A stretch of DNA of 63,725 bases, counting the filler, from Intoshia linei (Eukaryota > Animalia > Orthonectida): NCBI GenBank assembly GCA_001642005.1. It is 4 parts of 4 records of this genome, joined end to end, with 100 filler letters (N's around TTAATTAATTAA, not from the genome) between each part and the next. Parts side by side here need not be neighbours in the genome. Positions count along the whole stretch, not along the records: positions 45,958 to 54,244 come from LWCA01001489.1; positions 54,345 to 63,725 come from LWCA01001367.1; 2 more parts are not named here. One strand, written 5' to 3'. Positions 52,865 through 63,725 of the stretch are shown here, piece after piece; positions within the stretch are counted from its first letter, which is position 1; every line of letters begins with the position of its first letter. The translations under genes were made by a program, and so were the position numbers. The notes under the pieces are model-generated. The model had not been told where the DNA came from. It saw only the letters and a list, made by a program, of their open reading frames with translations, and ran no database searches.

Positions 52865-53315
52865 TTTTGGTAGTTCGTCCAGTCACACCAAGTAAAACAT
52901 TTTGTAAATTAAATTATTATTTGTTACTATAACATTATATATCCTAGTTATATATACATGGGAGTGAAGTTGAATTGTTATAACTTATAAAGATTATAGA
53001 AATAGTGAATTAGTGTAAGCTAATTATTGTAATTTATAATAAGCTACAGTAGTGTAGTGTTTTGGGATACTGTATTTTGATAACTAAACTGGATTGTTAT
53101 TTTATCTTTCCTATTTACGTTTTAATTTGTATTTATTTTGATTAAAACTTATAACAAGTATTTACCTACAAGTAGTATGCTACTACTCGTAGCATACGAT
53201 CGCCAATTTTCATATTTACATTAAGAAACTGATTGACTAATAACTAGGGCAATTTATTTATGACCAAAAATTCAAAAAAAATATGACTTTTTATGACAAA
53301 TGCATTTATTATAGT

Positions 53316-54244
53316 ACAGCGGATCCAAAATGAAGATACTGGGACCCTAGAGACCCCAGAAAATGTTTTAGAGTGCCAGCTCGTCTGATACTATAACTCA
53401 TAAACAAGGATGATACCAGCAATGCTAGTACTAAAATTATTACCAGCATAGCTGTTTTATTACCAGCAAAATTAATCAATTTTTTAAATACGATTAAATT
53501 TTGATGTATAATCACAATTTGAATTGATTTAGAATAAAATCTCTTATTATCATTTTATATTATCGTTCAATAGCATGAATTCACTAAAACACTTTAAAAA
53601 AGACGGAGTTNATATATCTTACAAAATGTGAACTGATTTTAAAAAATGATCATATACAAGGATGATACCAGCAAAATTAATCAATTTTTTAAATACGATT
53701 AAATTTTGATGTATAATCACAATTTGAATTGATTTAGAATAAAATCTCTTATCATTTTATATTATCGTTCAACAGCATGAATTCATTAAAACACTTTAAA
53801 AAAGACGGAGTTAATTATATGCAATGTTTAGTATACTCAAAAAGAATCAAATACATAAATTCTCATTCACACATGGCGTCATTGAGGAACCATTTAAAAA
53901 TACATGGTGACTTGGACAATGTTTCTGTCACGCCAAAAATAACGAGTATTTTAGCAGTTAAGAAAGATGAAAAATTTCCAAATTTGCCTTATATAGACAG
54001 ACAAGTAATTGTAACGTGTTGTTGCAATCACGTTATGCCATTCAACATTATAGAAGACCCTATTTTTCAGTGGGTTTATTAGTGCATTGCAAATCAAGAT
54101 TTATAATATCTGAAAGTTAAAACTTTATCCTTAAAAATTAAATATGAAACGATATTTTAAATCTGAGCTAATATCCATAATGTTTGATTCGTGGAAAAAC
54201 CCAGTCAACTCAGTCAGACATGTATGCGTCATGTTATATATCAA
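53316..54244 (+). mobile_element. hAT-like transposon 5' remnant with degenerate BED finger
   Basis: Terminus CAGCGGATCCAAAAT.. (similar to 9728); ORF 53777-54082 QCLVYSK..ASLRNHLKIH..MPFNIIEDPIFQ; local duplication around a single N at 53611. Confidence 0.65.
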
Positions 54245-54343
54245 NNNNNNNNNNNNNNNNNNNNNNNNNNNNNNNNNNNNNNNNNNNNTTAATTAATTAA
54301 NNNNNNNNNNNNNNNNNNNNNNNNNNNNNNNNNNNNNNNNNNN
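54245..54343. other. Artificial contig spacer
   Basis: N-run, TTAATTAATTAA (54289-54300), N-run. Confidence 0.97.
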
Positions 54344-54372
54344 NGTTATTTAATTATATATCATTAATATAA

Positions 54373-57555
<3,183 letters not shown>

Positions 57556-57578
57556 TCTATGTCAATAAATTTTTGTAT

Positions 57579-60325
57579 TTACGAAATTTGATTTAATATT
57601 TTTCCGACAAAGGTTGAATTATTTTTCCAAGTTTGGTAACTATTTTTGGTTTGGTCAATTTTTTGAAAGAAGATTGAGGGTTCCAGTCCTTTCCAATAGC
57701 TATAGATATATTTTCGGTGAATTGACTTTCCTTGGAATAAGGGTAAGGTAATTTTGTTATCTAAACATTTTTTATAACGTCATCATTATAAACTACCTGA
57801 TGTTTTCTTATATTTTCATTTTTTTTGTTTGATAAAAAAACATGAGACATGTTTACATCTTTTCTTTTTTGTTTAGGAGCTGTTACAATTATTCTATTAA
57901 TTAGAATTATTAATTAATAAAAAAATAAATTATATAAATTTTAATTTTCAATTTACAAAAAGTTAGTATTTGTTAGGTGCTGTTTAAAGATTTAATAAGA
58001 AAAATAAACATTGCTGACTAAAGGGGAAATGCCCGTGAACAATTAGTGGTCCAAAAACAATATTATTATAAAAACAACCTTCTTTTTGGTTCAATTTCAC
58101 AGCCTGGTCCACCCCAACAACCCCAGCCAGGTAAAGTCAAATCAATATCTTTAATTTGTTCTTTATTGACTTGTTCATCTTTCATTTCCTGAAAATCTTC
58201 AAAAACATCATCGTCAGCGAAAGCTTCTTGAATCAATTCATCGTTTTTTAATTTTAACTGGACGCCAATAGGCATTCTTTCATTATTAACAGCTACATGT
58301 ATATTTAACAGTGAAATTTAAATTAATTGAAAAAATACCTCTGTTGGTATCAATTCGAATTTTTATTTTTCGATCAAGATGTTTCTCAATATTTACATTT
58401 TTTGGCGACTTGATAGAATTATCAATTTTTAAATTTTTATCGACCATTTTGTCTCCTAAAAGTTTAGCAACATTTTGAGATTCTACGTCCAATGCAATAT
58501 ATTCAGTTGATTCTGAAATATGTTCAACAGAATTGTTAGGATTAGAGATGGATTCAACATCATGTTCTAAATCAGTTGGGCCAAATTTTTGACTTAACTC
58601 GCGTTTTTTGTTGTCCATATTGTTTCTTTTATCTTGTATCTATTTTAAATTAACTTTGAATAAATTTTAAATATTATTAACAATTTCGCTATTTTTTAAT
58701 AAAAGCAACTTTTTCTTCATGGATTTACTTGTACCGATTTTGTGATGCTTTAATGACATTCTTTCCTTAAATTTAGAAACTTTAAAAAATGAAGTGAAAA
58801 CAAACTTTTATTCTATCAATTTTAGCCTGTTCTAACATAATGACTCCTTTTTCTTTAGATTCGTTCATTTCCAGTTTTTTTAATATTGCTTTTTCTTCAA
58901 ATTTTTTCATTTTTCGGTATCTAGTTTAGTTAGAAATGAAAGATGATGGTTTACTTTTTGCTTTTAATTTTATTTTGATGTCTCATTTTATTTTCGCGGT
59001 ATTTTACTAAAGCTTTATGTTTTCTCAACTCATCACGGCGCATAATAGCCTAAAAATAATAAAAAAATATAAAATTATAATTATATAAAATTACATTTTG
59101 GAGTTGTAAATTGTCCACTTCTGGTGATTTTTCACGAGGCAATAATTTTATTATTGATTTTTCATGTTCTGTCAGAGCCTTTAAAAAATTAAAAAAATCT
59201 AGATAAATAAACCCGAAATTTTTCTAATTTGTCAACAGAATCATAATTGTCCATTTTATTACTTTTTAGAGGAAACGACACATTGTCAGCCTATAGTACA
59301 AGATTTACATTATTTTTAAACAAATACAAATTTCATATGATCAACAGTTTCGTTCCATTCGTTCAATTTTTTCTGAGATTTAGCATAAGTGACTTGTCGA
59401 TTTATCTAAATAATTTATATATAGCAGGGGTGGCCAACAGCCGATCCCGAAATTTTTTGAGTCAATCGCTGCAAAAATTATTTATTTATTTGACATATAT
59501 GTACTTAAAATAAATACTATCTACTTGAATTAGAAAATGATTTAGTAATTATGCCAATGTATACTCACTGAACATTGTTCACCTGTTCTTAACCTTAAGG
59601 CCTGTTAATAGTCTTAAGGAACAATTTTTGGGACAACAAAAATCAATGTCAATATTCTGTAAAAAGTCAGAAAAAGCAACGATTTCATCTTTTAAATTGA
59701 GCTACATGTTAGCGAAAAATGGAACACCGTTTTCAGATGGTCAATTTTTAAAAGATTGTTTTCTCGGAATTTTTGATGATTTTTTTCAAGCTTTCATAAT
59801 AACATATAATAAAATCTGCCATTGCAGATTTGAAATTATCACGTAATACTGTTATGAGACGAATGCGACACCCCGATAGAAAACACTAGATTAAATTTTT
59901 TTCATATAGTTATAAAATTTCGGATCAGCAAAAACCTAAATCAGATTGAACATTTGTCAAAAATTTTAAAAAAACGTTTAAAATGACTAACAAATTAATT
60001 TAAATAAACCTTCTCAGATTCAAGGGTCGACATTGGTTTTTCAACAACTTTATATTTTTTATTAAATTCATCAAGTTTTCGTTTCTTTGAACTGACAGAT
60101 TCGATTTTATTTGATTTTGTTTTTCTATACACAGAATTAATCATTTTAGATAGTTTAATCATTTTTGAGTCAAGAGGTATATTTGAAACGGAATCGTTTG
60201 TATTTTTTCCCCGAGTTTTAAATTTTCTAAACAGTTTTTATTTTTGCTTTATATTTAAGAATTTACACATTCTGTGAATCTAATTCAGTTATGGCTGTCA
60301 ATAATTTCGAATGTTTGTCTGTCAT
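57579..60325 (-). CDS. UTP14: U3 snoRNA-associated protein 14 (SSU processome)
   Basis: IQEAFADDDVFEDF..DIDLTLPGWGCWGGPG; ERMSLKH; C-terminal LPYPY..IGKDWN..KPKIVTKLGKIIQP; start MTDKHSKLL at 60325. Confidence 0.93.
59425..59880 (+). mobile_element. hAT (Buster/SPIN-like) remnant in a UTP14 intron
   Basis: Left end CAGGGGTGGCCAAC; ORF 59628-59846 ATISSFKLSYMLAKNGTPFSDGQFLKDCF. Confidence 0.7.
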
Positions 60326-60593
60326 ACTGTTTATAATACAGAATATTTAAAAATTATAATAAGTATATTTTTAAATGTTGTATTTCTCTAATTTCAATAA
60401 AATTAGCTTAAAGTTAAGATTTGCCAAGTTAATTATGTTGTAATAAAGTTTCAATAAATTTTAATTCAATTTACAAGTTTAAATTAATATTAACGATATT
60501 TCATTTTTCACATGTTTTGATAATGAATGTTTGATTTTCTTACATTCTGGTTTTGTTTTTTACTTTTTCGTTTAAGTCTAAGAATTATTGAAT

Positions 60594-60654
60594 ATGATGA
60601 CAATCATTTCTTACCTACATTCTTTGATGTATAATGAAATCGGATTTTGTCTGA
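60594..60654 (+). ncRNA. C/D-box snoRNA candidate A1
   Basis: Box C ATGATGA, box D CTGA; CTTACCTACATT is complementary to conserved LSU rRNA AAUGUAGGUAAG. Confidence 0.65.
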
Positions 60655-60665
60655 ATTTTTAGTTT

Positions 60666-60717
60666 GTGATGATTTTCTTTACCTACATTTGAATGAAATG
60701 AAAAAGAAATTATCTGA
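60666..60717 (+). ncRNA. C/D-box snoRNA candidate B (A-related)
   Basis: GTGATGA ... TTACCTACATT ... CTGA; keeps the same guide while the rest has diverged. Confidence 0.55.
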
Positions 60718-60739
60718 ATTTTTTTATTTTGTATTTTAT

Positions 60740-60795
60740 ATGATGAATGGTCTTTATGATGTATCCTGATTATATTTACATGCACTACCATCTGA
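60740..60795 (+). ncRNA. C/D-box snoRNA candidate C1
   Basis: ATGATGA, internal CTGA, GCACTACCAT followed by terminal CTGA; ACTACCATC is complementary to SSU rRNA GAUGGUAGU. Confidence 0.6.
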
Positions 60796-60835
60796 AGTTT
60801 TTTGACTTACGAATTTTGACGTTTTAATGATTGAA

Positions 60836-60896
60836 AGGATGAATATGATTAGTCTTTATGATGTATCTTGATTACACCCACATGTCTAATATCTGA
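60836..60896 (+). ncRNA. C/D-box snoRNA candidate C2 (diverged)
   Basis: Variant box C AGGATGA, shared GTCTTTATGATGTATCTTGATTA core, terminal CTGA with a different 3' guide. Confidence 0.4.
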
Positions 60897-60922
60897 AGTA
60901 TTTCAATTTTTATAGTTTAAAA

Positions 60923-60983
60923 ATGATGACAAATATTTCTTACCTACATTCTTTGATGTATAATGAAATCGCATTTTGCCTGA
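60923..60983 (+). ncRNA. C/D-box snoRNA candidate A2
   Basis: Paralogue of A1; also ATTTTGCC overlapping box D, complementary to LSU GGCAAAAU just downstream of the first target. Confidence 0.65.
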
Positions 60984-61030
60984 ACTGACATTTATTTAAG
61001 TATTTTGGAGAAACGGTTATTTTGTTTTAT

Positions 61031-61086
61031 ATGATGAATGGTCTTTATGATGTATCTTGATTATATTTACATGCACTACCATCTGA
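61031..61086 (+). ncRNA. C/D-box snoRNA candidate C3
   Basis: Differs from C1 by one base between boxes C and D. Confidence 0.6.
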
Positions 61087-62057
61087 AGTTTTTTAATACA
61101 CCGATGCAGCGTTTTCCATATATCGTCCACCAGATAATTTTGAAAAAATTAACTCACTAATTAAAAGTCAATTTATTACGTTTTCATTAAAAATTTTTTG
61201 CTTTTGTCTAGTAATGTTGATTTAGTGGTTTGCGATACATTTTGTAGTTTATTACCGCTCCGTCGTGAAAAAAAGTGTGGTTCACCAATATACTTTACAT
61301 TACAGTTAATTTGCTCCGTTGAGTAAACTACTCTGAGTAGGTTATTTTATTCGATATGAACCAATTCAAATTTTATGCTAACTTTGTCACATTTTCTTGG
61401 ACTAAAATCTAACCGCAGACAAATGCAATATCGCATATTTTTAAAATTATTACAACCAATTTTAAAGTTCAAAATCAAGCTTTTCAAGTCACTCAAATAA
61501 GTTGAAAATTGTGTGAATTAAATTAAATTTTTAAATTTAAACTCGGGTTTTTCATTGTCATTTGATTTAATTTTATGTCTACTAATCATAAAAAATAAAT
61601 AAAATAATATCAAAACAACTATAAAATTTAACCACGCTGTGTAGGCAGAAATTAATAGAGCGATATTTAAAGCCGTTATAATTATGAATAGATTGTTAAA
61701 AAAATTTTAGAACGCGTGGTGGAGTTTATTAGTATTGCTACGATTATTTACTTTTTATACTAATTATAATTGAATGTATTTTAAATCTCATGTAGAATAC
61801 TCATTGGATAGTTGTAAATTGTTAGACTAAACAATCTAATATTACGCTGTTCTAATTGTAAATTTTCGTTTATTTTACGTAGTCAAATTGTAGTTACAAC
61901 TAAAAATTTTACATAATGAGTTTTTATCAAGCCAGTCAATAGAAATTTCAATAGTGATAGTAAATACAAAATAATATCACATTATGTTATGGTAATAGCG
62001 CAAACATTTTATAGTTTTTGCGTTGATTGTTGTTTAATTTAAATTTAAAATTTTGAA

Positions 62058-63725
<1,668 letters not shown>

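Noticed and set aside
60594-61086. CRISPR-like or satellite reading; CTTACCT resembling the U1 snRNA 5' end
   Set aside because: Eukaryotic DNA with no cas genes; units are bounded by C/D boxes and the longer match is to LSU rRNA; no U1 structure

Overview
Very AT-rich eukaryotic (metazoan) DNA made of four unrelated contigs joined by artificial ~100-bp spacers (N44-TTAATTAATTAA-N44) at 19702, 45858 and 54245. Genes are intron-dense with many tiny 28-50 nt GT-AG introns. Together with metazoan genes (p120/delta-catenin, PATJ/MPDZ) and a cilium gene (IFT81), this suggests a compact, ciliated invertebrate genome; an orthonectid such as Intoshia is a guess, not established. Recognisable genes: RBM22, IFT81, a divergent cullin 3' part, p120/delta-catenin, PATJ/MPDZ, a Topors-like RING protein, a CDKL kinase 3' part, UTP14 and beta-tubulin. 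There are several orphan ORFs and many transposon relics (Chapaev3-like, Ty3/Gypsy, hAT, pogo, piggyBac, foldback). Highlights: (1) a tight intergenic cluster of six very short C/D-box snoRNA candidates head-to-head with UTP14; (2) a probably spliced gene with two tandem, catalytically dead Crypton-like tyrosine-recombinase domains; (3) an orphan gene and a miniature LTR element nested in IFT81 introns; (4) CDKL and UTP14 stop codons only 23 bp apart. Homology calls are from recalled motifs, not database searches.
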